Assembly: GCA_958295535.1 (NCBI GenBank)
Contig: OY282356.1
Coordinates: forward strand, 1,945,614-2,009,613
Length of the DNA stretch: 64,000 nt
Reading direction: 5' to 3'
Source of the DNA: Gemmatimonadota bacterium
Lineage (GTDB): Bacteria > Gemmatimonadota > Gemmatimonadetes > Palauibacterales > Palauibacteraceae
Shown here: positions 19,474 to 28,652 of the stretch, in pieces
Numbering within the stretch: position 1 is the first letter of the stretch
Layout: every line of letters starts with the position of its first letter
The notes under the pieces: generated by a model
What the model was told of the DNA's origin: nothing
The model's database searches: none
What the model saw: only the letters and a program-made list of their open reading frames with translations
Translations under genes and position numbers: made by a program

Positions 19474-19497
19474 TATAGACCAACACGGCGCGACCAG

Positions 19498-19740
19498 TTG
19501 ATCGCCGCCACCGCGTTTGTCTTTGTGCCGACCGCGGCTCACGCCTACGTCGACCCCGGCTCCGCCGGCTTGGTCATCACCAGTGTGCTGGGCGCTCTGG
19601 CAGCCGGTGGCTATATCATCCGGGGGTACTTGGGCCGCTTGAAGCGCCGGATTCTCCATTCGGACAGGAAAGCGGTGGCAGGCGGCGACGGTTCCGATTC
19701 CACAGACGCGCGTCCCGACGACGGAAATGCTCAGGGCTGA
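19498..19740 (+). CDS. Small membrane protein (80 aa; one TM helix plus basic tail), copy 2
   Basis: MIAATAFVFVPTAAHAYVDPGSAGLVITSVLGALAAGGYIIRGYLGRLKRRILHSDRKAVAGGDGSDSTDARPDDGNAQG. It is conserved in both repeat copies, lies between the sulfatase-fold gene and the methyltransferase-like gene, and its end overlaps the next gene start. Confidence 0.4.
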   Translation: MIAATAFVFVPTAAHAYVDPGSAGLVITSVLGALAAGGYIIRGYLGRLKRRILHSDRKAVAGGDGSDSTDARPDDGNAQG

Positions 19741-21130
19741 CGGCGGGTCTTTCAAGGACCCGGCCGGACAAGTGTACCGGGTCATGCGGGACACCGGAGA
19801 GGCGAGCATCGTTCGCGGGTTGAATCCATCCGCCGCCGGAATAGTGGAGAACCTGCTTGCCGAGCCCTTTTTCCAGGACTTGGTCGATGATGGTCAGGTC
19901 GTGGCGACGCAGCTGCTCCACCCGGAACTCCCCAACGCTCGGCACGTGATGAAGGAGGGCTGGAGCGCCGCCGTGGAGCATGAGGTGGTGGACTTCGTGA
20001 CTTGGCCCTACGAGTGGCCGTTCTCGATGCTCAAGGACGCGGCGCTGCTGCAATTGCGGATACTGGAGACCGGAGCCAGAAACGGCTGGCTGCTCAAGGA
20101 CGCGACGTCGTTCAACGTGCAATGGATGGGCGTACGCCCGGTATTCATCGACATACCGTCGTTCATCCCTTGGGAAGAGGGCGAATACTGGCGGGGGTAT
20201 CGTCAATTCTGCGCGACCTTCCTGACACCGTTGCTGCTGACGGCGCATCTGGGCATCCCGTTCCACCCGCTGCTCCGCTCGCGCCTCGACGGCATCCCGC
20301 CAGAGGAAGCAAGTCGGTACTTTCGTGGGCTGAGGCGTTTCAAGCGCGGCGTCCTGTCGCATGTCTGGTTTCCCGCCAAGGCCGAGCGCAGCGGCCCCCG
20401 ATCGACGCGCCCACATCGACGACAGCCGAAGACGATGCTGTTCGCGCTGTGGGACAGCCTGCGGCGGCTCATCGGCGGGTTGTCCAGCGGGCGGGCCCGT
20501 TCCACTTGGTCGCAATACGCCAGGAATCATTCCTACGACGCAGCCGACTTCGAACGGAAGAAGGACTTCGTGCTACGGCACACCGCGGTGCGCGACCCTG
20601 GGCTGACTTGGGACCTGGGCGCGAATACCGGCGCGTTCGCGCGTATCGCCGCCGAGCACTCGGGAGTGGTCGCTGCCGTGGACGCGGATCACGATGCCGT
20701 CGATGAGCTTTATCGCGAGGTGCGGCAGAGCGGACCGGAGAATGTCATTCCGCTGGTGATGGATCTGGCGAACCTCTCGCCGGGACAGGGTTGGGCGGGT
20801 CGCGAGCGCCCGGCGTTCGATGCGCGGCGAAGCCCCGACATGGTGCTTTGCCTAGCTTTGGTTCATCACCTGAGGGTCGTGGCGAACATCCCGTTGCGGC
20901 TGTTCATTGGCTGGTTGCGAAGCTTGGACGCGACCTGCATCCTGGAGTTCGTCGGGCGGAACGACGAGATGTTCCAAACCCTCCTGGAGAACAAGCGGGA
21001 GCACTATGCGGACTACACCGCCGAGAACTTCGAATCGGAAGTTCGCAGATGCTTCTCCGTTCGCGACCGGTTGAAATTGAAAGGCGGCTTGCGGGAACTG
21101 TTCTTGCTGGAGCCTGCTAACGGTCGGTAG
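19727..21130 (+). CDS. Two-domain protein: N-terminal domain of unknown function + C-terminal class I SAM-dependent methyltransferase (intact copy)
   Basis: 467 aa. The C-terminal half carries SAM motif I (TWDLGANTGAFARIAAEHSGVVAAVDAD), the acidic residue (VMDLAN) and a post-motif (MVLCLALVHHL). The N-terminal ~240 aa (SFNVQWMGVRPVFIDIPSF...) are unassigned. Confidence 0.65.
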   Translation: MLRADGGSFKDPAGQVYRVMRDTGEASIVRGLNPSAAGIVENLLAEPFFQDLVDDGQVVATQLLHPELPNARHVMKEGWSAAVEHEVVDFVTWPYEWPFSMLKDAALLQLRILETGARNGWLLKDATSFNVQWMGVRPVFIDIPSFIPWEEGEYWRGYRQFCATFLTPLLLTAHLGIPFHPLLRSRLDGIPPEEASRYFRGLRRFKRGVLSHVWFPAKAERSGPRSTRPHRRQPKTMLFALWDSLRRLIGGLSSGRARSTWSQYARNHSYDAADFERKKDFVLRHTAVRDPGLTWDLGANTGAFARIAAEHSGVVAAVDADHDAVDELYREVRQSGPENVIPLVMDLANLSPGQGWAGRERPAFDARRSPDMVLCLALVHHLRVVANIPLRLFIGWLRSLDATCILEFVGRNDEMFQTLLENKREHYADYTAENFESEVRRCFSVRDRLKLKGGLRELFLLEPANGR

Positions 21131-21243
21131 CGTTCTGTGTTTGGAGTAGAAGCAGGAGAGCCCGGATTGCGAGCATTGTGGGGGTGCCGCGCCAGCGCAA
21201 TTCGCGCGGGGAGAATGCCAAGGTGTCAGATCCTCCCCGCACG

Positions 21244-22323
21244 ATGAAGGTTCTGCTCCTGGGACCGCTGCCCGCCAAGCCGGCATCCCTTGCAGAACCC
21301 ATTGGCGGGGCCAGGGTGACTTTCGCGGAAGCGGTCCGAGAGTTGAACCTGCGGGGCTTCGATCTCGACATCATCGACACGGCCAGACCCAGGCCCAATC
21401 TGCCCCTTTGGAAGATTTGGGGTTACGAACTTCTCACCTTCGGGCGGGTGATCCGGAAAGTCCTGTGGAGGGCCCGGCGCTCCGATGTGGTGTTCCTTCA
21501 CATGTCGGCCTATCCGGCGCTGTTGGCGGCGTCCGCCATCCGGACGCTGTGCCGGGCACTGCGCCGTCCTCTGGCGCTGCGGTTTTTCGGGGACAGCCTC
21601 TACTTCACCTACCAGCGTTACGGGCCGGTTCGCCGCTGGCTGATGGACCGGACGTGTCTCCGGGCCTCGCTGGTGTACGAGGAAAGGCGGACGCTCCGGG
21701 AGTTCGGCAGACGGGACAACTTCCGCTGGCTGGCCAACACCAGGGACATCGCCCCCGTGGAAACCGGGCGAGACCGGGATAGAGTCCGCAGGCTGCTGTT
21801 CATGGGCCAGCTCAGGAAGGAGAAGGGGCTGGCCGAAGCGCTGGAGGCCTGCCGCGCACTGCCCGATGACTGCCATCTCCGAGTGTTTGGCCCCCGCATG
21901 CCCAATACCGACTTCTCCCTGTTCGACGGCCACCCCAGGGCGAGCTACGGCGGGGCGCTGGAACCGGAGGAGGTACCTCGCATCCTCTCCCAACACGACC
22001 TGCTGCTGTTCCTCAGCTACATGAGAAGCGAGGGCACTCCAGGAGTCATCATAGAAGCCTTCCAGTGCGGCGTGCCGGTCGTAGCGACCTCGATAGGCGG
22101 AATCCCCGAGCAGGTGGAACACGAGAAGAGCGGGCTGCTGGTGGAGCCACGCTCCGTCCCCGAGTTGAAGTCGGCGATCGAGCGGCTGATCGGCGACCCG
22201 GCTCTGTACCGGCGGCTCTGCGCCGGGGCTAGGCAGCGCGGCGAGTTCTTCCGCGGCGGGCGCCACTTCGACCGGTTGGCCGAGGAACTGCGGGGCTTGG
22301 TCCGCATTTACCGGCGGCCGTAG
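21244..22323 (+). CDS. Glycosyltransferase family 4 (GT-B), paralog of 47091..48245
   Basis: ATG 21244 (MKVLLLGPLPAKP). C-terminal GT4 region LLLFLSYMRSEGTPGVIIEAFQCGVPVVATSIGGIPEQVEHEKSGLLV. The paralog on the minus strand at 47091..48245 is colinear (..NFRWLANTRDIAP.. vs ..NFKWFPNTREIEAP..). Confidence 0.8.
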   Translation: MKVLLLGPLPAKPASLAEPIGGARVTFAEAVRELNLRGFDLDIIDTARPRPNLPLWKIWGYELLTFGRVIRKVLWRARRSDVVFLHMSAYPALLAASAIRTLCRALRRPLALRFFGDSLYFTYQRYGPVRRWLMDRTCLRASLVYEERRTLREFGRRDNFRWLANTRDIAPVETGRDRDRVRRLLFMGQLRKEKGLAEALEACRALPDDCHLRVFGPRMPNTDFSLFDGHPRASYGGALEPEEVPRILSQHDLLLFLSYMRSEGTPGVIIEAFQCGVPVVATSIGGIPEQVEHEKSGLLVEPRSVPELKSAIERLIGDPALYRRLCAGARQRGEFFRGGRHFDRLAEELRGLVRIYRRP

Positions 22324-23637
22324 ATGTCGGACCGGCTCGTCGTGCGGCAGACCTCCTGGATGGGCGCCATCACGGCGGTCCGGCTATTGGGCGGACTGGC
22401 CCAGCTGACCATCGCCGCGCGGATACTCGGACCTGAAGGCTTCGGCGTCCTGGCCGTCATCATCGCGGTGGCGGCGCTCATCCACGGTCTTCTGGCCGCA
22501 CCCGGCGGCGAAGCCGTCACAACTTTCGTAACGCGAGCCCTGGCGGAGGAAAGGACGCAGGAAGCGTCCCGGATAGTGCGTTTCACGATGGCCGCGTCTC
22601 TGGGGCTGTCGGTCCTCGCCTACGCCTTTATTGCCATCCTCGTCCTCGCGTCAAGCAGCCTGCTGGGGATCGATAACGCCTACCGGGACATAGCGCTCAT
22701 GTACGGCGTCGTGGGCATCTTCCTGGCTACCCAGACGGAAAGCCTGGCGGTCCTGCGGCTGTCCGACCGGGTATCTCTGGGTTTGATAATCGCTCTGGCG
22801 GGCGTTCTGATCCGAGTCGCCCTGCTCGGAATAGCGTTGTTGCAGGGAGGCGGGCTGTCCGAGGTGGTCTTGGCCCATATTGCCGGCGTCGTAGTGGGCG
22901 GGGGCGGGATGCTGGCTGCAGCGGCAGTATCGGCGCCACGGGCGGGGATACCCGGTCTCCTGAGCTCGTTATCGCTCAGAGCGCCGCCTGAAGTGGTGCG
23001 CTTCCAGGCCGGAGCATTCGGGAGATCCGCCTTCTCTGCGCTGGCCTGCAACTTGGACACTCTCTTGGTGGCCCAGTTTACCGGCGCCGCGGGCGCAGGA
23101 CTGTACCGGGCGGCGAGGCAGATTGCCGACACCGGACACTATCCGTTTCAGCCATTGAAGGATGGCGTGCAACTTCAATACAGCAGACAGTGGTACTCGG
23201 GCCAGGGCGGGATGCTGCGCCGCACCTCGCTGCGGTTCGGCTTGGCGTCGTTCGCTGCGGCGGTAGCGCTGTTCGGGCTGCTTGCCGTCTTCCATCAACC
23301 CTTGGCCCGGTTCTTCCTGGGCGAGGAGTTCGCAGGCGTCGCCCCGCTTCTGCTGATCATGACTCTCGGCGCCTTCGCCATCAACAGCATTTCCGCGCTT
23401 GCCGTGCTGCCGGCGGCTATTGGACGAGTCTGGCCGTCGTTGGCGGCGGAAATCGGCAGTCTGACAATTTTCGTCGCGCTCATCGCATGGCTGGTTCCGC
23501 TGCACGGCGCGGCGGGCGCGGCCTGGGCAAATGCCGCTTACTACAGTGTCATCGCCTTGATTATGGTCCCCTTCATAATCTCGGCCCTGCGGCAAAGCCG
23601 TCGTTTACGGCAGAACGTCACCCCGCGTAGGCCTTAA
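22324..23637 (+). CDS. Wzx-like polysaccharide flippase (MOP family), copy 2
   Basis: ATG directly after the upstream TAG. 437 aa, polytopic. The N-terminus is paralogous to 5425..6789. Confidence 0.7.
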   Translation: MSDRLVVRQTSWMGAITAVRLLGGLAQLTIAARILGPEGFGVLAVIIAVAALIHGLLAAPGGEAVTTFVTRALAEERTQEASRIVRFTMAASLGLSVLAYAFIAILVLASSSLLGIDNAYRDIALMYGVVGIFLATQTESLAVLRLSDRVSLGLIIALAGVLIRVALLGIALLQGGGLSEVVLAHIAGVVVGGGGMLAAAAVSAPRAGIPGLLSSLSLRAPPEVVRFQAGAFGRSAFSALACNLDTLLVAQFTGAAGAGLYRAARQIADTGHYPFQPLKDGVQLQYSRQWYSGQGGMLRRTSLRFGLASFAAAVALFGLLAVFHQPLARFFLGEEFAGVAPLLLIMTLGAFAINSISALAVLPAAIGRVWPSLAAEIGSLTIFVALIAWLVPLHGAAGAAWANAAYYSVIALIMVPFIISALRQSRRLRQNVTPRRP

Positions 23638-23640
23638 GGA

Positions 23641-23670
23641 CGCGTACCTCGCGGAGGCGCTTTTCGGGAC
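23641..23670 (+). terminator. Weak candidate intrinsic terminator after the Wzx-like gene (convergent gene junction)
   Basis: tacCTCGCGGAGGcgcTTTTCggg: a short GC stem (CCTC/GAGG around GCG) followed by a T4 run. It sits in the 240-bp convergent intergenic region between 23637 (+) and 23877 (-). Confidence 0.25.
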
Positions 23671-23876
23671 TGGCAGGCGCACTACCGGTTCGCCGGATAC
23701 GAGCGCAGCGTAGGCGGATTGACGGGTGCCGTCCTGTCGAAAACTGGATTCACTCTAGATGGGTGGCGAGAAGCGACGCATTTGGGAGAGATGTCGTTAC
23801 AGGTCGGATGCTCCGGACGGAGCAGCCGGAGACTACAAAATAGGGCGAGCGCGATAGGCAACAATGCGGCAAACGT

Positions 23877-25847
23877 TCATGGGCGGAACTCCACCTTCCA
23901 TATGTTATCCAAACCGCCGTCTGCGAGGACATACTGGCCGGTTGAGAGGACGGAGATACCGTATTCCGGAAGAGGGATTTTCGCTAGGCATTTGTCGTCG
24001 AATATCGCGCCCCAATCGTTGAAGTAGAAGTCCAGGTCGTCGAAGGCGTACTGCTTGCGATCATCGGGAAGGTCGTTCACGTCGACCGGGTAAAGGTGCA
24101 GAAAGAACACGGCCTCCGTGTCGGCGGAGGTGCACGGATCCTTAGCGTAGATCAGCGCGTCCTCGCGAAGATACAGGTCAAAGTCGGAGCGGACCGCCGG
24201 TTCGCCGGACAAGAGCGAGTCAACGGCGGACTGTCGCGCACCGGCACTGTCATAGGCATCGTTCACTCTGTAGATGGCACCATCGGCAAGTTCCGCCACC
24301 GGCTCCAACGGGAGCGGCGACTCCATCTGCAAGAGGTCGCAATTTATTTGGGAGCGTTCGCCCGCGCCGACCCATACGACGTACTCTTCGGGTTCCCCGT
24401 ACCGCCGGGATTCCAGGATGGCCCGCTCGAACCAGCGCTGGCAATCGTAGATGTTCCGCAGGTTCCGCCGCGGCACCGGAACCCAGGTCACCCGCGTTCC
24501 CGTAATCCCCGCGTTCCACCGGAGTACGTTGGGGTCGTTGCTGTAGTACCGGTACTGGCCGGAGGCGGGGTTCGCACGGACATATTCCACCAGCTCGGAA
24601 TCCTCCCAGTACGCCGTGTTGAAACTCTGGCCGATGTACCCCGATTCCAGGGCTTCGGCGGTCAATTGCAGATTCCGCTGCACCGAGACGCCGATATGCC
24701 AAGCACCGCCGATAAGCGCGAGAGCAATCAGCGCCCGCCGGACCACGGACATCCTCCCCGACGCCCTGCTGCTCAGGAGTCCATCCAGCCAGAACGCCGC
24801 GACGAACAGCAGCGGGACGTAGACCGGCACGAGGTACCGGCTATCTATGCCTTGCTGGGCCGTGAACGGCACCACCACGGCCATGATCGCAAGGTACGAC
24901 AGCGCGAAGCCCCCGAAGACGGAAGACGCCCGGCCCGGGCGAGGGGTGATGAGGAGAAGCGCCGCCAGCAGCAGAACCATACCGGCAATCAGCCACGGCG
25001 AGTGCTGCAACTGCCAGTGGATCGGGGACGACGGGTCGGCCCACCCGTGGAACACCTCGACGATCTGGCCAAGCGAATCGAACAGGGACTGTCCCGACGC
25101 TAAGGACCTGTCCCCGGCGAGAGTTTCGGAGACCAGTAGGTTGCGCGCCAGCACAGCCGCGAGCGGGAGCGAGGAGATGGCGCCGAAGGCCAGGGCATGC
25201 TTCAACCGCTCTCGTACCGGAGTATTGCGGCGCAAAAAGAGCATAAGGACTGCGGAGAAGATGAGCGCGACCCCTACGTACCTCGTCGTCGCGGCCAGCG
25301 CGGCGAATGCGGCGGAAAGCGCGAGGCCCCGCACGCCGCTGCGTCGGTTCAGGAACGACTCCAGCAGCATCAGGGCGAGGAAGGTGAACAAGACGAAGAG
25401 GGGTTCGCTCAGCAGGGTCGAAGCGGAATGCGCGAGGGGGAGAGACGCCATCACCGCCACTGCTGCGCCGAGCGCGAGCAGCCGCGACTCGAGACGCCGG
25501 CTCAGCCAGAGACCCGACACCAGAATGAGCAGGCCGAAGGCGGCCGCGTTCAGGAACCGGCCTCCGTCCACCGGCTCGATGCCGAACAGGCTCAGGAACG
25601 CCATCGCCATGGGGAGGAAAGGCGCAAAGAGCACCACTTGCCCGCCGCCGGGACTCAGCAGACCCTCTCCGGCGGCCAAGCTCTCGGCTGCCGCCAAGTA
25701 GTTGAAGGCATCGTTGCCGAGCGCCGCGCCGTAGGTGGACGTACGGATGAGGATATGCGCCGTGCCCAGAGCCGCGACGAGCGCGATGAGCGCGGGAAGG
25801 AAACGGCGCCCCCCATCCCCATGCGCCCATTTGAAAGCGTCGTTCAC
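23877..25847 (-). CDS. ArnT/PMT_2-like GT-C membrane glycosyltransferase, paralog 1, with shared C-terminal domain
   Basis: An N-terminal TM helix is followed by the first-loop motif GNDAFNYLAAAESLAAGEGLL (ArnT-like D-x-x-x-Y...A..L..G.G), then ~10 TM helices and a periplasmic C-terminal region. It ends in the CTD VRSDFDLYLREDALIYAKDPCTSADTEAVFFLHLYPVDVNDLPDDRKQYAFDDLDFYFNDWGAIFDDKCLAKIPLPEYGISVLSTGQYVL. Confidence 0.75.
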   Translation of the reverse strand: MNDAFKWAHGDGGRRFLPALIALVAALGTAHILIRTSTYGAALGNDAFNYLAAAESLAAGEGLLSPGGGQVVLFAPFLPMAMAFLSLFGIEPVDGGRFLNAAAFGLLILVSGLWLSRRLESRLLALGAAVAVMASLPLAHSASTLLSEPLFVLFTFLALMLLESFLNRRSGVRGLALSAAFAALAATTRYVGVALIFSAVLMLFLRRNTPVRERLKHALAFGAISSLPLAAVLARNLLVSETLAGDRSLASGQSLFDSLGQIVEVFHGWADPSSPIHWQLQHSPWLIAGMVLLLAALLLITPRPGRASSVFGGFALSYLAIMAVVVPFTAQQGIDSRYLVPVYVPLLFVAAFWLDGLLSSRASGRMSVVRRALIALALIGGAWHIGVSVQRNLQLTAEALESGYIGQSFNTAYWEDSELVEYVRANPASGQYRYYSNDPNVLRWNAGITGTRVTWVPVPRRNLRNIYDCQRWFERAILESRRYGEPEEYVVWVGAGERSQINCDLLQMESPLPLEPVAELADGAIYRVNDAYDSAGARQSAVDSLLSGEPAVRSDFDLYLREDALIYAKDPCTSADTEAVFFLHLYPVDVNDLPDDRKQYAFDDLDFYFNDWGAIFDDKCLAKIPLPEYGISVLSTGQYVLADGGLDNIWKVEFRP

Positions 25848-25854
25848 CTCTTCA

Positions 25855-26106
25855 TCAGCGGCGGAGCTCCCCGTCCAGGAGGTGGTGGAAATCGCCTTCC
25901 CAGAGTTGTGCGGTGGAGCCGTCCTCGTTGACGAGGAACTGGCCGGTTCTGATTTCGGAGATACCGTATTCCGGGAGAGGGACTTGCGCTAGGCACTTGC
26001 CGGCTAATCTCTTGCCGTGCGTCTCGAAATTAAACAACATCACTGCTACGGTCAAGACGCTGGCCGTGGCAGGCAGAACGCGGATGCTGAAGGCCGAGAC
26101 ATCCAT
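25855..26106 (-). pseudogene. Remnant of a GT-C paralog: TM-helix fragment fused to the last ~50 residues of the shared C-terminal domain (internal deletion)
   Basis: MDVSAFSIRVLPATASVLTVAVMLF matches the early TM region of GT-C 52882..54855 (VDVSAFSIRVLPAAASVLTVAALLF). It is fused directly to FETHGKRLAGKCLAQVPLPEYGISEIRTGQFLVNEDGSTAQLWEGDF, which is the CTD tail. It lies immediately upstream of paralog 1 on the minus strand. Confidence 0.6.
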
Positions 26107-26202
26107 TTTCTGGACCGCCCACAGTGCCAGGGGAGGGGATACAATATGGGACTGGAGTTGCCGTAACGGGAGCGAAGGCCATTCCTCGAAGAAACCGCCC
26201 AG

Positions 26203-27946
26203 CTACCTGCCGCCCTCGACGCGCACTGTCACGATGTCGATGTCGTGATATTGCTGGTGGCGCACGGACCCGGCGAAATGTCTGAGCAGGCGTAGGGAGA
26301 GATCGCCTTCGTTCAGTTCAGCCCGCTCGCCGAGCAACATGATCCGGTCCTCTATGTTCTCCTCGCCGACCGCCGCCGCGAACTCCAGTTCGGCCGTGCC
26401 CCGATTGCCGTGCGCCCTCACGCGCAGACATCGCTTTTCGCCCCCCTCCCCCCTTTCGTCCTCTGGAGGAAGGAGGATCAGGAGAGTTTCCTCGCCGACC
26501 GCGCGTAGCCGTTGGGTAGACGCGTCGTTCCAGCCAAGGCGCGCGGCGAACGTGCGCAGAAACGCGTCGACCTTCGGCAGGGCGGCTACGTCCAATTCAT
26601 CTTTGAACCGCCTGGGGCGCGGGTCGGCCAGCCCCGCGAACAGGGTCAGCGCGATCGCCAAGAGTCCGCCGGTCGCCATGCCGTTGCCGAGCAGAATGCG
26701 CCAACCGTCCCCGAGGAGGTCCGTGAAGATCAGGTCGTTCTGGAAACCCAGCCCGATCCAGAACGCGAGCCCCGCCACCATGGACTTGCGGTAGTCGAGA
26801 CCGTCCTGAACTACGAGCTTCATTCCCTGCACGAACAACAGCGCCATCAGTACCGTCCAATAGGCGGCGACGACGGGACCCGGAATGGCGAGCAGGGTCG
26901 CCGTCGCCTTGGGCAGGAACGCCAGTCCAGCGAGCATAATCCCCGCCCACACCCCGACGCTGCGCGCGCCGACGCCGGTCAGCTCGACGAGCGGCGTGCT
27001 TGACGAACAGGTCGTGTTCGGCATCGTGCCGGCGATGCCGGCGAGCAGGTTGCCGAGGCCGTTAGCCTTGATCGCTCCCTGCACCGCGCGGAAATCCACC
27101 GCGCGCGATGTGCGCCACGAGACCCCCTGAATGGCGACGGCATCCCCGGCGATCCTGATGGATCCGATCAGCGCGACGAACGCGAACGTCGGCAGGAGCA
27201 GCCAGAAGCGGGCGTCGAACTGCAGATCGAACCCCGGCCAGGAGTAGGCGGGAAGGCCGATCCAGGGCGCTTCGATCACCGGGCCGACATCGTACAGCCC
27301 GAACATCGCGGCGACCGCGCAGCCGGCGGCGATACCGATGACGGGCGCCCACAATCGCCAAGCGCCCGAGGCCCAGAGCCCGAGAGCGGCGATCAGCATC
27401 AGGCTCGTGACGGCGCTGGTCGCGGCGCCGGCCAGCGAAACGCCGTCGTCTACTGCCGTCAGCATGTCGAACACCAGGGGCATGATTGTGACGACTAGCA
27501 GCATCATCACGGTGCCCAGGACGACCGGCGTAAAGATGCGTCGCAGCAGCGAGAGCCGCGCGGCCAGCACGAAATCGAGAGGAACCACCACGACGATTAG
27601 CGTCGACAGCAGAGCCGGCCCGCCCTCGACGAGCGCCGTGACGCAGATCGCGATGAACGCCCCGGAGGTGTCCGTGAGAAGCATGTGCCCGGAGCCGAAA
27701 CGACCCAACCGCATGGTCTGAAACACTGTCGCGGCTCCCCTGACGGCGAGCGCCGTGAAGACCATCCAGGCCAGATGAGTTTCGCTTCCGCCCGCTGCCC
27801 GAACCACGATGACCAGTGGCAACACGATTCCGGCAAAGACCAGGACAGCGGCTTGCAGACCCAGGCCCGCGGCGAAGGTGCGCGGAGGATGTTCATCGGG
27901 TTGGTAACGGACATCGCGCGCCGTATCGCGTGCCACTTCCATCATC
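26203..27946 (-). CDS. NCS2-like (xanthine/uracil permease family) transporter with C-terminal cytoplasmic extension
   Basis: Probable start MMEVARD (ATG 27946); the upstream in-frame stretch in the listed ORF is R/G-rich junk. It has the N-terminal NCS2-like signature AAGLGLQAAVLVFAGIVLPLVIV (cf. GLQH..FAG..PLIV), ~12 TM helices and a ~130-aa soluble C-terminal tail. Confidence 0.5.
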
Positions 27947-28209
27947 TCGATCCGGGGCCTTGGCCTGCTCTTTTCAAGTGCATCGCGCGCGACGCATCTT
28001 TTTTCTCCAGCAACTCGTTCTCGACCGCGTCCGCCAGAGAGACATAGCTTGTCTGGGCGTAACATATAGGGGAATTGTCGGCGCTAGGGCAAGCGTACCG
28101 CGCCCTGCGGGTTATATTATGCTTGGAGAGTTGTCATCGGCATTACATCGCTCGTCAAATGCGCGGGCGGCAACGAAAAAATGCGCGGACGGTAACGAAA
28201 AGCGAACGA

Positions 28210-28632
28210 ATGGAAACCCACGAACGTCTGACCGAGGACGAACAGGTCGAGGGTGGGTCCGACCGCAGCTTCGGCATCGTCTTCGCATCCGCGTTCGTAG
28301 TCATCGGCCTGTTCCCGCTGCTTCACGGCGGGCCGCTCCGCAGCTGGGCGTTCGGCGTCGCGGGAGCGTTCCTGGCGGTGGCGCTCGGCAGGCCGGCGCT
28401 GCTGGCGCCGCTGAATCGGGCGTGGTTCAAGTTCGGGCTGCTGCTGCAGCGCGTGGTCAACCCAATCGTCATGACCGTGATCTACTTTGCCGTGGTGACC
28501 CCGACCGGCCTCGTCATGCGCGCCCTGGGGAAGGATCCGCTCCGCCTGCGACACGACCGCGATGCGGAGAGCTACTGGATCCACCGCGATCCGCCCGGCC
28601 CGGAGCGCGAATCGATGAAAAACCAGTTCTGA
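28210..28632 (+). CDS. Small 3-4-TM membrane protein, possibly SxtJ-family
   Basis: Start METHERLTEDEQ. SFGIVFASAFVVIGLFPLLHGGPLRSWAFGVAGAFLAVALGRPALLAPLNRAWFKFGLLLQRVVNPIVMTVIYFAVVTPTGLVMRALGKDPL resembles small SxtJ-like membrane proteins seen in glycan/carbamoyl clusters. This is from memory and not verified. Confidence 0.3.
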   Translation: METHERLTEDEQVEGGSDRSFGIVFASAFVVIGLFPLLHGGPLRSWAFGVAGAFLAVALGRPALLAPLNRAWFKFGLLLQRVVNPIVMTVIYFAVVTPTGLVMRALGKDPLRLRHDRDAESYWIHRDPPGPERESMKNQF

Positions 28633-28652
28633 ACCGGGCGAGGAGACCTCCA

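Larger units (their letters stand above)
17798..20797 (+). repeat. Copy 2 of the ~3.0-kb direct tandem duplication
   Basis: See copy 1. Copy 2 carries a 150-bp duplicate of the 3' end of gene 14051..14950, an intact sulfatase-fold gene, an intact small ORF, and the methyltransferase-like gene, which continues intact beyond the repeat to 21130. Confidence 0.85.

Noticed and set aside
21226-22266. 346-aa minus-strand ORF
   Set aside because: It is antisense to the GT4 gene 21244..22323. It has low-complexity composition and no family signal.
24841-25830. Alternative-frame ORFs inside GT-C paralog 1 (24841..25830 -, 24847..25701 +, 24096..25103 +)
   Set aside because: They are overlapping frames of a gene whose main frame (23877..25847) has GT-C motifs and the conserved CTD. 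The alternatives are Arg/Pro-rich artefacts.
26441-26453. C6-T-C6 tract in the permease gene
   Set aside because: It is interrupted and short. It encodes GGEGG in frame. It is not comparable to the C11 run and is unlikely to be slippage-prone.
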